DNA of 64,000 nucleotides, taken from the NCBI GenBank assembly GCA_003971905.1, contig RSEE01000027.1, positions 310,001 to 374,000 on the forward strand, given 5' to 3'. The stretch is from Moniliella sp. 'wahieum' (Eukaryota). Position numbers and translations under genes: made by a program. Under the pieces are notes generated by a model that saw only the letters and a list, made by a program, of their open reading frames with translations, ran no database searches and was not told the origin of the DNA. Of this stretch, positions 1-12,432 are shown in pieces (position 1 is the stretch's first letter; each line of letters opens with the position of its first letter).

Positions 1-9
1 GGGCCCAAT

Positions 10-2859
10 TTGACAGGTTACGTTCGATTGGTGCCAAGCCGCGTCGGACGAGGCGGTTCCCGAGCTGACGTTCCGCCGACTCGTGCTCCAAAAACAGATC
101 CGCCTCAAGCAGCTCCAACTGAACCTTACGTTCGCGCCATCAACGTCTACCAGCGTCAAGGTATCCTGAATGAAGCCAACTCCCATACATGGAAGTACCC
201 TCAAGCCAATGCACCCGCTCTTAGCCAGACCGTGGGCAGTCGCCATGACATCCCAGCGTTGTTCCAATGGCTCGTGGACAATAAGCAAGACGTCTTCCTT
301 GACTCGTATGGAACACGTTTTGGGGCTTGCGGCCTTGCCCGCCCACCCGAATTGATCCCAAGCTGGGTGCACAAACATGGCGGACCCGTCCCCATCCCTG
401 CCTTGGCTACTAATCCCTCCTGCAACCACCCCGCCCTCGCCCCCACCGCCACCACACCACCACATCGACTATCGCCCCTCCCCGCCAGGGCTCTGTATCG
501 CTGGCTCACGCTTCGTCCACCTCTACCGCTGCCGCGCCATCACAACCTCCTTATAAGGAGACGTTCTTGCCAAAAGAGGACGCCGCCGTTGCAACGATTG
601 CATCGGCAACTGCTGTGGCGGTCGATTCAACTGTGAACGGACTTTCTCATACTGCCTCTCGCTCTTCGTCGGACCTGTCAATTGTATCAGGGAACGAAGG
701 GTATCGACGACGCCTGAGTATGGGTATGGGGAGGTGGACATGTAAAGAGACTGGCGGAAGCAATGCCTGGCAACGCAATGATTCCTTCTTGGGCACCGAT
801 CGGTCAGTGTCCCGTTCCGAGGTTGATGAGAGCTTAGCCGATTCAATTTTGGCTCACAGTGCCGCTTACGGGAGGAGGAGGAGGGTATCGAGTCGAGTGG
901 GGAGGAGTCGATCGGCACGGACGCCATGTCAGACGACTCAGATCCGCCTACGACGTCTGTGCGACCGGATACATCCCCACCACAAGCCACTCAAGGCATC
1001 GCAAGTGCAGTGACTGACGAGCAATGCCGTGAAGACCTCAAGCTGATCCATAACCGCCTTGAACCTTTTCCTTGACTCCCGCATGCTTGAGGCCGAGGAG
1101 TTGTGTTGGCCAATGCCGGTACTCGCTTGTACTGCGCAGCGGGGATGGACTGATCAACTTTTTCAAGTCCTTTCTGACGTTTGAGTTGGCCGACATCCAA
1201 ACGGCCATCCATTGTTGCAAGCACACCCGCTCTGTTGCCTCGCTCCTTGCGCAAAAGCAAGGTCCGGTGGGCAAGTGGATTCACAGCAAGCGGGGCTTTT
1301 ACGATCCATGACTCTCGTTCAACTCCACGCTGAGCTCAACTTTGTCGAGAACACGCTGATGGTCTGTCTGCTACGCATGGCCAAGGCACGTGGAGGCATG
1401 CCGGTAGTGAAGCACGCGCTTCGCCTCCGGCAGCCTATGTCATTCTACAAGATCTGAGAACCTGATGAAACCACCGACGCGCGCGCCGAGCACGAAGCCA
1501 TCACAGGCAAGAGACGTTATCGCAAACTCCCCGTGCTGGACCAGCACTTTCGTAGCGGCGTCTACTTTTCCTATGCCGCCTGCGTCCTCGTCCTCTCCTT
1601 CCTCCCTGGCCGCGCTCACAAGGTGTTGGAAGGGCTGGGCTACATTGGGGACCGGCAGTTTGCGCTTCAGGTGCTGCAGCGTGCGGGCGGGTGGTCGAAG
1701 ACAAAGCCGTATCCAGCCCTGTCGGCCCAAGAGGAAGGGGTGCGCCGCCGCTGTGTGATATCGTGCTGATCTGCTACCACATTGTCTTGCCAACGTTTGT
1801 GCCGTGTTGATCGACATTGAGTTTGCGGACAAGGTGTTGCAATGGAACTTGCGTCATTTCCCGCACGGCATCTTCTTTCTTTACTTTCAAGCTCGGCTGT
1901 TTGCTGCCAAGCGCTGCCTGAAAAGGCAATCGAGTACTATCGCAACTCGATCGAGGCGCAGCGGAGCTTTAAACAGTTGGACCACATCTCCTTTATCGAT
2001 CTTGCTCTCACGTACCTTTCGACGTGCGACTTTGCGCGCGCATACGAGTGCTTTGACGTACTGTCGCGCGAGAGCAACTGGAGCCGAGCCATCTACCAGT
2101 ACGCCCGTGCCGTCTGCCTCGTCGAGAGCGGTCTGGACGGCCAGCAGTCCAGCGCAACGATCATGCAGACCGTCGCTGGGCTGAAACGCAAGGTGGCTGG
2201 GGCCACCATCCGTTGGAACAGTTTGTGACAAAACGAGCCATGGCGTTTTGGCGCAGGGCCGTTTGCCGCTGGCGGGATCGAGTTTAGTTATCTTTGGCAC
2301 TGCATGTCCCAAACGCCCATCTTTCTCCTCCTCGATACCACCCTTACCCGCATCGATACGTTCATCGACGATCTTGAGCGCTACTCTGACGTGTCGACGT
2401 ATGGGACGGGAGAGCGAGTATTGGGCAGCTTACTGTGTTTCCTTCTTTCTGCGTGGCGTAGCATTGCGGTACGTTGCCTTCCCTGATGAGTGTACCGTCG
2501 TCCGAGCCCCTCCGGAGGAACTGATGGAGCGGCCGAGCGAGGTGGCGCAAGATGCGTTGCTCAGTTTCCACAAGGTCCTTCAGCAGGGCCACCACCTCGA
2601 CCGGAACAACAACTGGGTCGTCTACTTTGCCCACTATGAACTTGGTCGACTGCTGGAATGCATGGGACACCGCGACGCGGCCCGGTGCGAGCTGGAACTG
2701 GTCCTGTCGGGTCGTCCGCTGCCCCAGCTGGGCCAAGCGTACGTCCAAGAGGGCCCGATGGCGTCGCCACCTCGCAAGCCCAAGCCCAGCGCCGGCCATG
2801 CTCACTACCTGCTGAAACACATGTGCCTCCTTCGTACCCGAGCGGCGATGGACATATGA
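10..2859 (+). CDS. IML2: Iml2/TTC39 family TPR-like protein; frameshift-broken, 5' end may lie outside the window
   Basis: Stitched ORF pieces 1072-1311 (GLINFFKSFLTFELADIQTAIHCCKHT), 1533-1769 (DQHFRSGVYFSY...VLEGLGYIGDRQFAL), 1804-2228 (FPHGIFFLYFQARL; LSRESNWSRAIYQY) and 2248-2859 (VYFAHYELGRL...LELVLSG) follow the Iml2/TTC39 motif order. The N-terminal 1 kb is low-complexity and its assignment to this gene is inferred. Confidence 0.8.
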
Positions 2860-3648
2860 TGCGTACCCGTCAAGCGCACGCCACATCCTCAAGCCAACCG
2901 CTAACGCAAAGGGCGCTCTTGCGCCCGCCACGGATTGTGAGACCGGCCGAGGGGTCGGAAGCTTCAGTGTCGGTGGATCAGACCTCGGTTTCGGGCAAGT
3001 CGTCTTTCTTTGCTGCCGCTGGGCCCGGGGCGACCTTATCCCAAGTGTTGGCCACCTCGTCTGGCCGCCTACCCACCCCAACGACGGATTCCGTGTCGGA
3101 GCTCGGCTCCTCTCTCTTTCCCAGCTCGCCCAACTCGTCAGTACGGAACTTTGCCTCGCGTCGGAATACGGTGCGGCCCGTGTAGTACGCCAGTCTTTGT
3201 CATCTTGCTACCGTTTGTCCTACTTTAGTGCGGTGCCCCCCCTCCCCCACTGCCCTTCCCTGGCATTTTGACCCTCGTAAAATCCTCTCGTTTCTTCCTG
3301 CCGCTCGCCCTCATTCGCTTGGGTTCGGATTTGTTGTTTCATGTTATCGCTTTCTCCATCTTTCCTGGGCCACTTGGTCCCCCCCCCGTCGTTTGGTGCC
3401 ACAACAGCCATCACCTACCTCTTTCCATACCCCTCCAACAGGTTTGTTCCTCATAGTGTCAAACGCATCGCCTCCTATCTATGTAGAGAGAAAAGGGAGC
3501 GCGCCAGTCGCTAGGATCGTCACAGCGTATCAATCATCGCACGCCAGTTCAACCACACCACAATGCCAAGTAGGAAACAGACGAAACCAATTAGAGGGAC
3601 AACGGCACAAGCCAAGTCGATCAAAGGCAGCGGCAGACTTGAACGGGG

Positions 3649-6632
3649 TCATCGGTGACCAACACCGCGTTCCCAGTTCCCACGTCGACAGCAAGAGCGG
3701 TCACGGAAACAAAAAAAGTGCCTAGAATGCATCCCGTGTGGGGTCCAAGTAGGAATGAAAAGGTTTGTGTTGACCGGGAGAGGGCGCACTGGGTCCCGAC
3801 GGGGGTCCCAGTGGCGGCGTAGAGGGTTCTGTGTAGACCGCGCCAGAAAAGAGTTGGGTGCCCTGGGAAGCGGAGTGCACCCCAGCCGTTCTCCACGCCT
3901 GCGTGTGCTGTGGGCTAAATAACAACGCGCCAGTCGAAGTGGCCTTCTGGGGAGGCAGGTGCGCTTGCCCCGGAGATAGGGATGTGGCAGTCTGGAACGG
4001 GTAGGATCCCATGCTGCCCGAATGCGGAGCGGGCGTAGAGGAGGCCGAGGGCGAAGTACCGGGGCTGAGTCCGCGACGGAAGGGATTTGTGTCTCGTTTT
4101 CCGGGCTGAGACGAGACAGATCCGCCATAACTGTGAGCGCCTGTCCAGGGGCAGTGGGGGGGGTAGGGTCTCTTCGGGATGCAGTGGGGATGATGGGAAG
4201 GAGTGAAAAGGAGGTACAGGCGATTGGTGTCCCAATGAGGCGGAGAACGATGTTTGGTCGACGCCCAACCGAAAATAGGAAGGAATGTCCTCGCTTCGCC
4301 TGACATGAGGAGCGGCGATGGGGTAAATGTGCTCCCCCTGCGGCGTAGCTGTGTTGGTTTCCATGCTTGACAAAGGCTTCGTTAGCGGGATTCATACTCT
4401 GCCTCATACGATTAGAATCGATGGGCACGTCGCTGGTGGCGAGCGAAGGCCCCGGCGCGGAAGCCGACGTTGGCGCAGTCCCGGTTGCGGATTCCGTTGA
4501 GCGCGCATCGCCCCAAAGGGAGAGTGACGCGAATGGGTCAATCATTTGTTCTTTAACCACCTCAGGAGGTGGGGGATGACGCTTCGTCTCTTGCAACTGG
4601 ACTAGTGTGGGTACTAACGGTGGGGCGGGGTCCTTTCCCTTAAACTCATCCTTGGCAGACGGCACTAAAGGGACTGCGTCAGGAGGAACATCGCCGTCTG
4701 GAGCGACGGTGGAGGTGATCCCAGTCATATTTGACGCCGCGCCAGACGGGTGCACCCGTATCACTGGTGGCGCCAGCACGGTAGGGAGTAAGGCCTCGGG
4801 TTCCCCTGATGTAGAGGGTTCCGTAAACGGAAGTGTGGCGCGTGCTGCTTCCTCTGTCGTTTTGAAAGACGAAGGGACCGCTACAACGCTAGGCTGACCG
4901 CCCGCGACATCGGCAGCCGTTGGGTTTCCGCTTCATGAGTGGGGGGTGTAAGTACTGTACCCACCTCGCTGGCACCTTTTGGGGAGAGCGAGATCGCAGG
5001 TACGGCTGGGGCATCAGGAGAGGCATCACGAGGGGGAGTAGACCGTTTTGCTACAGGAGTTGGCGTAGGCATAACGGGAGAAGAATGAGCGGGTACGGTG
5101 CGATCGGCGGTGACAGCATCTGTTTGGACCAGACCATGTACTGGGTCGGCGTCATCAGCGAGCCCTGCCGGAAGGGGCGAAGTGGCCTGCTTCGTCAGAT
5201 CAATCCGAGAAGGTAGAGGCCCGAACGGGCTAGGCGCATTTAACTCTAGCGGTGCATCAACAAGCTTACTGGCAGGATCTTGAAGTGGCTCTGTGGCTTG
5301 AAGCGAGTTGTTGGCTTCGGGGGCTTCGGAGGTTTGAGAGAGTGGGACGGCTTCTTGGATCGGATAGGGCCCAGATTCGGACATGGACCCGGTAGGATTT
5401 GAGTGGAACATCGAAGAGGGCGCCGTCGCCTCCGGGGTCAGGGCAGAGGGGGGCACGAGGGACGCTCGTCTGTTCAGTAACCGGCCTGGTGGCAAAGTCT
5501 TCTGTGGTGCTGGAGACCAATTGACTAAGCGGGACATCCTCCTGTTCATCCACGACGGAAGGCAGGATGGGCGCGTTCCCAGCCCCGTCTTGGGTCAAAC
5601 TCCGGTTCTGGGTAGATGAGTTGCCACGCTCATGTGGGCTCTGCGTCGAGGCCTGTTCCTGGGCCCTCCTTCTTTCTTCTTGCTCATGCTCCACCAAGGA
5701 CTGGCGAATCGCTTCCATGAGCATTGCTTGTTCCAACTGACCGTTTGCCAGCACCGCACCTTGCGCCTCTGACCTCCCCCGACCACGAGAAGAGGTGGCA
5801 GGCAGTACGATCGCCCCGCCCGTCTCGGAGCCTGGAAGAGAGGCACCGACGCGAGAGGAGCTTACGCCAACGGGCACAAGGCGTCCCCCGACATTGCGCA
5901 TGATAATTCGTCTGTTGGCTGTGCGAGCCTGAGCGGCCTTGGCCGCATCGAGCAGCGCTTCCCATGCCGGTCGGATCTCGTCAACAGTAACTACATGGGG
6001 ATTTGCCGTGTCGACGCCACGCTGCGAGGCATCGGCTTGGGCGTCATCCGCCTCAGGTGACGCAGAGGGGCGCATCGATGGGGACTTGTTCAAGCAGCGC
6101 GCGAGGAGCGTTGTAGACAATACCAAAATCGGTCGTCATACAAAAGGGGCAAGTTGCTGGTGGCTCTCGGGGGGGTTGGAGAGGAGCGGGTCTGAACGAC
6201 GGGATTGCACAAAGCATTCGGTGCAGATGGGCTGTCCGCAGCAGCGCGTGTGATTGAGTGGAGACGGGTAGACCAGAAAGCAGATGGGGCACTCGGTCGG
6301 TTTCACCCGGCCACCAAAGCAGCCCTGCAGCTCCTCTTCGTCGTCAACGCCGCGATAAAAGGGAGCAAGGCGGCGGGAGCAGATGAGGGTCTTGACGATG
6401 TCGTGTGCGTAGTCCTGTGCTGTGCTGGCGTATACACCCGTCGGCACCAGTGATCCCGAATCGAAGCTGGCTGGCCAGGCGGGGCGAGAGCGACGGCGGT
6501 GATGGCCATGGGCGGCTGATGCAAAGGCTCGCTCGCGATCGCTGGTAGCGGAGAGACGGGGCGAATGGGAAGCGTGTGGTGGGAAAACGATCCAGGAGCG
6601 TCGCTGGTCTCGCGGCCGTTGGCCTGGCCCAT
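3649..6632 (-). CDS. SIP5: Sip5-like protein (RING-like Zn domain) with a long S/P/T-rich C-terminal extension
   Basis: ATG at 6632 gives MGQANGRE (Gly2, myristoylation-like). Then PTGVY...[22 protein letters not shown]...[37 protein letters not shown] and [14 protein letters not shown], all Sip5 hallmarks. The 3' end is uncertain. Confidence 0.85.
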
Positions 6633-7759
6633 GGCGGGTGGTGGGGAAAGGGAGGAGGCGGTGGAGGTGGGATGCGATTGATGGGTAACAGGAGAGCCAA
6701 GCGGGGTGGCGTGCTGCTGCGACACTGGCGCTGTGCGGGCAGGGCCGCCACCTTTATGTGCTGCTCGGGCTGAGTGGCTCAGCGTTTTTTGCTCAGCGCT
6801 GAGGCTGAGCAGAATGGGCGACAGACAGCCTGCGATAGCCGAAGATGCTTTTGAATCCATCGCACAACCGACGCTTTTTGTAGCCGAGGATGTATCATGC
6901 CGATGAGACTCTCGAACGCACTGATCATCTATCTGATCAACGTCTTCAAGGTTCGGTCACTGCACCTACTTTCGCGATTCGAATGCACGGAGGTAGACGG
7001 GAGCAGAGATGTGGAGATTGGATGTGCTTCTGTAGCGTCCGCTGCACCTCCCCCATTGGCCTCCTCCAGGCTCCATGAGTTGTAGGCTGGACACATACAC
7101 ATCCGCCCATATCTGGACGAGCTACCTTCGGCTATATCCAACGCCGCACTGGCCATCTGTGCATCACCGCCACTATCTGTCTGTGTGCATAAATAGCAGA
7201 CGAGACTCAGCGCTCACCGTGAGCAGTGATTTTGCTTTCAATTGGTGCAACCTTTTAGGCCTTAGACCTTACCCCGACCAACGTGGGCTCCCCCCACCTC
7301 ACGCCACTCCCGGTTCGCAGCCTTGCGCATCTGTCCGGCTCAACACTCATGCGTGTTCATGGTTTCGTTGGATCCGGGGAACAGGCTGGGGGCTGTCCAA
7401 GAGCATTTCAGAAGACGGGGATATATACGCCAGCGAGTGGATTGCAATGGAATTTGGCGGTCGTCGGATGATCGGTGATCATCGATCACTAGTGGGGAGT
7501 AGCTGCTGTAGGGTTGGCGTCGGGGCGTTGCATCTGCGTAGAACGCGGGAACCCTAGCACCAGGAATGAGGCCAATGAGGGGAGGGTGTACCCACCCCCG
7601 GTTTCCGCCGTGGAGCAACAGCAGTGGCTGTGATGGGTTAGGGGGCCTCGAGGTGGCCATACTGCCTACTTTAAACCTCTTCAAGCTTCAGCCTCTGCCC
7701 CTCTGCCCAGCCCGCCACCCGCTCCCGTTACCACCGTGCCAGACCCCCCCCCCACGGCG

Positions 7760-8425
7760 ATGCAGGCAACGAGGCCGATGGGCGTCGGCCGTTCCAACGC
7801 GCGTACGCCGAGGTAGAGGTACAGGACGAAAGCATGGACCTCGGCGATGCACCCACGCCCAAACGCTTTCACGCCCCTCCCGTCTGTTCCCCCCCCCTAT
7901 CCACTCGCCCACCATCCCGCCTCTTCCGTCGAGCCTGGATCTCCTCCCTAGTGTTTCTCGTCTTGTCTTGCTCAATCCAGCCCAAGCAGGCCGGCCTCTG
8001 ACCCATTTGCCCGCCCCGCCCTCAGCCTTGGCCTCACCACGCCCTCCCTTCCCGCCCCCCCTCCCTCGCTCTGCCTGAGTTAGGACTGCAATTCGGCTCA
8101 GGCTGCCCCTTCCCTCCTTCGGATCAAGAGGTGCAGCGGTGTCCACCACGAGGAATGGAGGAGGCAATGATGGAGCTGGAGCGAAGTGTGCCTCCGGCCC
8201 CTGCTTCGTCCCCTGTCTTGGGCGCCAATCTGCCTCCCGTCCCTCCCCTTCTCTCTCTCCATCCTCCTCCTCATCCTCGGGGCACGCCCAAAGTTACACT
8301 GGGCTTCGTTTCGGGCTGCCCATTGTGCCTTGCCCACAGTATGTATCGTGCATTCCTACGACCAAGAGTTGCAGCTAACCTGGCCCTCAGAGCCGGAACA
8401 TCTTATGCATGTGACCTACGAGTAA
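7760..8425 (+). CDS. Small Pro-rich hypothetical protein with a C-terminal CxxC-x6-H-x2-H motif (spliced)
   Basis: Intron 8339-8390 (GTATGT...GCTAAC...CAG) joins ...PKVTLGFVSGCPLCLAH to KPEHLMHVTYE*, with stop at 8423-8425. The 5' end is uncertain (about 7630-7834). Confidence 0.6.
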
Positions 8426-9480
8426 ATGAGGGGCGATTCCGTACGGGTTACCCCAGTTTCATCTTGGGCTCGTTTCTTCTTCTTCTGTCCCGCCTTCTGC
8501 CTTTCTACACGTTTGTATCTACCACCATCGACCAACGCCATTTGCTTACCAGGAATCGTGTCGATCGTGAACTCGTCAGCAGTAAGTAGATGGATACAGA
8601 TGATTATAGAAAAAAGTTGAGCGCGGCACGGTCACCGACCATGGGGTGGGGTGGCAAGGAAGGAAAAGACCAGGCCCTCCCTCTTTCCCTCCTGGGTACA
8701 TCCAGCTCATCTGCCGAAAGAATGAGAGAGCTGCAGTGGGTGGTAGAACCGTACAGACCAGATGTTCTCGGCTGCCTAGGCTGTGTGGTAGGCAGAGCTC
8801 AACAAGGAGTAGCTCCCCCTGAGCAATTCGCGCCTTTCATGCCGAGTCCTAAGCACGCACACCCAGCAGTATTCGTCAAGTTCAACGTTGAACGCGCACT
8901 ACATTCGTTCCCCGTTTGACCCCGCCGGGCGCGACTCTTGAGCATGCTGAGTCGGACTGAATGGAATGGCGCACATCGCCTGCGTCGAAAGAGTATGCAT
9001 GTCAACTACAGCATATCGCGTATGCGCACAGTGACAGTGGGGAAATGCGCTCCATGGAAAGGGTGCGAGGGTGGAGGTGGTGGAGCACTGGGACGCTGCT
9101 GCTATTGGGACACGAATGGATGAGGGGTGGGTGGGGGGCCAGGGGACTCGGCCAATTCATCACGTGAAGTCGGGAAGCTTGGATCCACCGATTCCGCCCG
9201 TGTCTTGTAAACGCCGCATGCGGAATTAAGCCTGGGATGCGAAGTGCATCAGGCCCCAGGGCTGGGCGCAGACTGGCGCTGTGCCTGGCGCGGTGCCGCC
9301 AGGGCCACCCGCTAAGTTTGGCTCTTGTCTCAGTCCCAGGCGGCGGTATTGGGAGGGAAGGTGAGCCCGATGGCTCTGGCGCTCTGGCGCTCAGGCATGT
9401 CCCGGCTCAGTCCGAGCACGAGGTGGTCAACCCAACTTCTTCCTCCCGGCCCCACCACCTCCTCCGCCCCTCTGCCTGCC

Positions 9481-10424
9481 ATGGTTAGCATCCTCTCTGT
9501 GCGTGCTCTGCGTTTGGCTCCGCGCCTCGCCCGCTCCCTCCACGCCACGCCTGCGCCCCAGGCCATCACGAAGATGACCATGCCCGCCATGAGCCCGACC
9601 ATGACGGAAGGCGGTCTGTCTGAGTGGAAGGTCAAGGAGGGCCAGGCGTTTTCGCAGGCGATGTTTGCTAGACATCGAGACGGACAAGGCGACGATGGAC
9701 GTTGAGGCCCCCGACGACGGTGTTTTGGCCAAGATCTTGGTTCCCAATGGAACTAAGGACGTGCCTGTCGGTCAGCTCATTGCACTCCTCGCCGAGGAAG
9801 GCGATGATTTGACCAAGATTGAGATCCCAAAGACGAGGAAGCGCCTGCCCCCGCACCCTCCTCCGCCCCGGCTTCTGCCCCGGCCTCTCCTCCGTCTTCG
9901 CAACCGCCCGCAGCGAAGGGGGCGCAAGCGCACCCTCCCCCGTCAGATCGGCCTTACCTCCCTTCCGTCGCCCGCCTCTTGGTTGAAAGGAACATCTCGG
10001 ACCCGTCCCAGATCAAGGGCACCGGCATCCATGGCATCCTGACCAAGGGGGATGTCCTGGCCTTTTTGGGTGAGGCGTCATCGCCGACGGGACTTACAAG
10101 CCCCCCCAGGGCGGCGTGGCTACGCTTTACGGCCCTCCTCCTTCGGATGCGAAAACGACCGCGCCGACCAAAGCGGCTGCGCCTAAGCCTGCTGAGCCTG
10201 TACGTCATCCCCTCCCCCATTCTCTTGCTAAGAACTCTGGAGGTACTAATCCGATGCGCATCCACTCAGTTGTCCGGTTCTGCACTGCGCACGCTCATTA
10301 TTGGGGGGTGGTCGACGTGACTCACAAGCAAGCTGCGCCACCCAAGCCCGAGCCGGTCTCGCCGGCTCCCAAGCCGCTGCCACCCAAGCCCACGTTCGAA
10401 GATGTGCTGGCTGGCTACCTGTGA
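9481..10424 (+). CDS. PDX1: Pyruvate dehydrogenase protein X / E3-binding protein, mitochondrial
   Basis: Arg-rich presequence (MVSILSVRALRLAPRLARSLH), lipoyl domain (MPAMSPTMTEGGL...IETDKATMDVEAPDDGVLAKI), peripheral-subunit-binding domain (IKGTGIHGILTKGDVLAFLG) and a short tail with no acyltransferase domain. Several 1-nt frameshifts. Confidence 0.88.
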
Positions 10425-10580
10425 ACGATAGGTCACGACGCACTAGCAACACTACAGAAATGCACGTTTGTCCTGAACCGATACCATCGATTATGCCCCT
10501 ATGGCTTGTACCTGCCTGGGGTGAAATCAACGTAACGATCACCTTGGAGCTTGGCCCCTGCATAATCTGGGGATCAGAAT

Positions 10581-11554
10581 TTAGTCGGATTCCAATATGA
10601 TCTCTGAAAACAGCTTAGGGTCCACATTCGAACCCGAGAGGACGAGAACGGTGGCCTTGCCTTCCTGGTGGGGCACCCGCCCAGCCAAAAGCGCCGCCAG
10701 CGGCACCACGCCCCCCGGCTCGACGACCAGTTTGAGGGTGTGAAACGCGTAGCGCACCGCACTCCGCGCCTCTTGCTCCGATACGACCAAACCTGCTTTA
10801 CAAGCTTGTGCAGGATAGGAACGTCAGCTCCCCGGCCGCGGTGCTAGGAGCGCATCGCACAGTCCCGTCGTAGTCGAAGGCGGGTTGACTTGAATGCTGC
10901 CCGAGGCCAGGGAACGCGCAGTATCGTTGTAGCCTTCGGGTTCGCAGAAAACAGGACCGCGTCCGGGACCTGATCCTTGATGGCTGTCGCAATGCCAGAG
11001 AGCAGTCCTCCGCCACTACAGGGTACAAACGACGCTGCCGATCTGAGCGGCTTGGTGGGCTGCTTGCCGCACCACCTCGGCGCCCACTGTGCCCTGACCA
11101 GCCATGACAAAAGGATCGTCAAAGGAAGGTACCAGCACACCCCCCTCTTGGTCTACAGGCCTGAGCGATCGCTTCGCGCGACTCGGTCAGCCGATCGTAC
11201 AGCACCACGTTGGCACCATAGCTGCGCGTGCGGGCCACCTTGACCCCGGGGCGTCGGAGGGCATGACAATGGTCGCCTGCAACCCGAGTTGCTCAGCGGC
11301 AGCCGCTACACCCTGGGCATGGTTCCCGACGAAAACGCAACCACCTTGCCGCCCTCGAGGCGGGACAGACGGTTGTACGCGCCGCGAAACTTGAAGGAGC
11401 CCGTGACTTGGGCGCCTTCAAACTTGAGCAACACCCGGTGCCCCACCCGCGCCGTCAGCGCCGGCGACTCCAACAATGGCGTCTCAACCGCGTGCCCGCG
11501 TAGGCGTTCTGCCGCCTCGTACACGTCGGCTGCACTGATAGCAAGTGGGGTCAT
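10581..11554 (-). CDS. PLP-dependent Ser/Thr dehydratase / serine racemase / hydroxyaspartate dehydratase family, intronless
   Basis: TPLLES, QVTGSFKFRGAYN (PLP lysine), AFSSG(N)HAQG, PSFDDPFVMAGQGT, VPCSGGGLLSG, LKLVVEPGG and LSGSNVD, read across frameshifts. Confidence 0.92.
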
Positions 11555-12409
11555 GAGTAGTGGGAGAAGCCGGTCACAGGCGAATGAGGTTGGGCGACGG
11601 CTCCGTGCTCCGCTCCGTCGTGATTAATGATTGCGCTTGCTGCTAGCCGGAGGGATGGCAAGGGCGGAATGATTCGTGAGAATGGTTGATGAAATTGATG
11701 AAATGGCGTCGAGTTCCGCAAACGTGGTGTGACCACGTGACACAACTGTCATGTATAGAACGGATAGCCAGTGCTCCTACCAAAGCAACGGCCTTGCTTG
11801 CTCCCTCTTCACAACCACCCGTCCCTTTGGCTTTCATCCTCGCTATGGCACGGATCACACCATGTCCATGACAGAACTGAGTTCCAGTATGGGGATGACT
11901 AGTTGGAACGGCAACAGGGGCAGATGTTTGTTGCCATGTATGGCGGCGGTGGTTGAAGGAGAGCACAGCAAACGCGACTGCCTCTCACGAGTTGGCCATC
12001 CATGCTCGACCACTCACATCGCCCCATATCTCCGCTCAGCGCTTCAGCACTCTAATGTTCTGGTTGTGTCTCGGCGGTAGCCCAGCACACGGCGGTCGCT
12101 CTAGTCTCCAAGCCAAGCCGTAGTGACATGCACATCGTGTCATGTGGCGGGCAGACCTTCAGAGTGGGGCTTTTGGGGTTGACGAAGTAGTCCTTGACGG
12201 AGGGGACGTGTGGTGCGCAGGCATTGTTATATTATTGGAGTGTCCCGGCCGGATAACCAAAAAATGTGGCCGAAGAGAGGCATCGGTGCGGTGCGTATCC
12301 GCCAGCGCGACTGGAAGTGCCAACGGACGCTTCCCGAGGAGATTGACACAACTGAACCTAGCGTACTTGCCCCTGGCGGTGATGGGAGCAGAGGGCGGAT
12401 GGACATGGA

Positions 12410-12432
12410 GGGGGGGGGGGGGGGGGGGGGGG
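12410..12432. repeat. Poly-G tract of about 23 nt
   Basis: Uninterrupted G run in the intergenic region between the dehydratase and KRE6. Exact length is unreliable. Confidence 0.9.
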
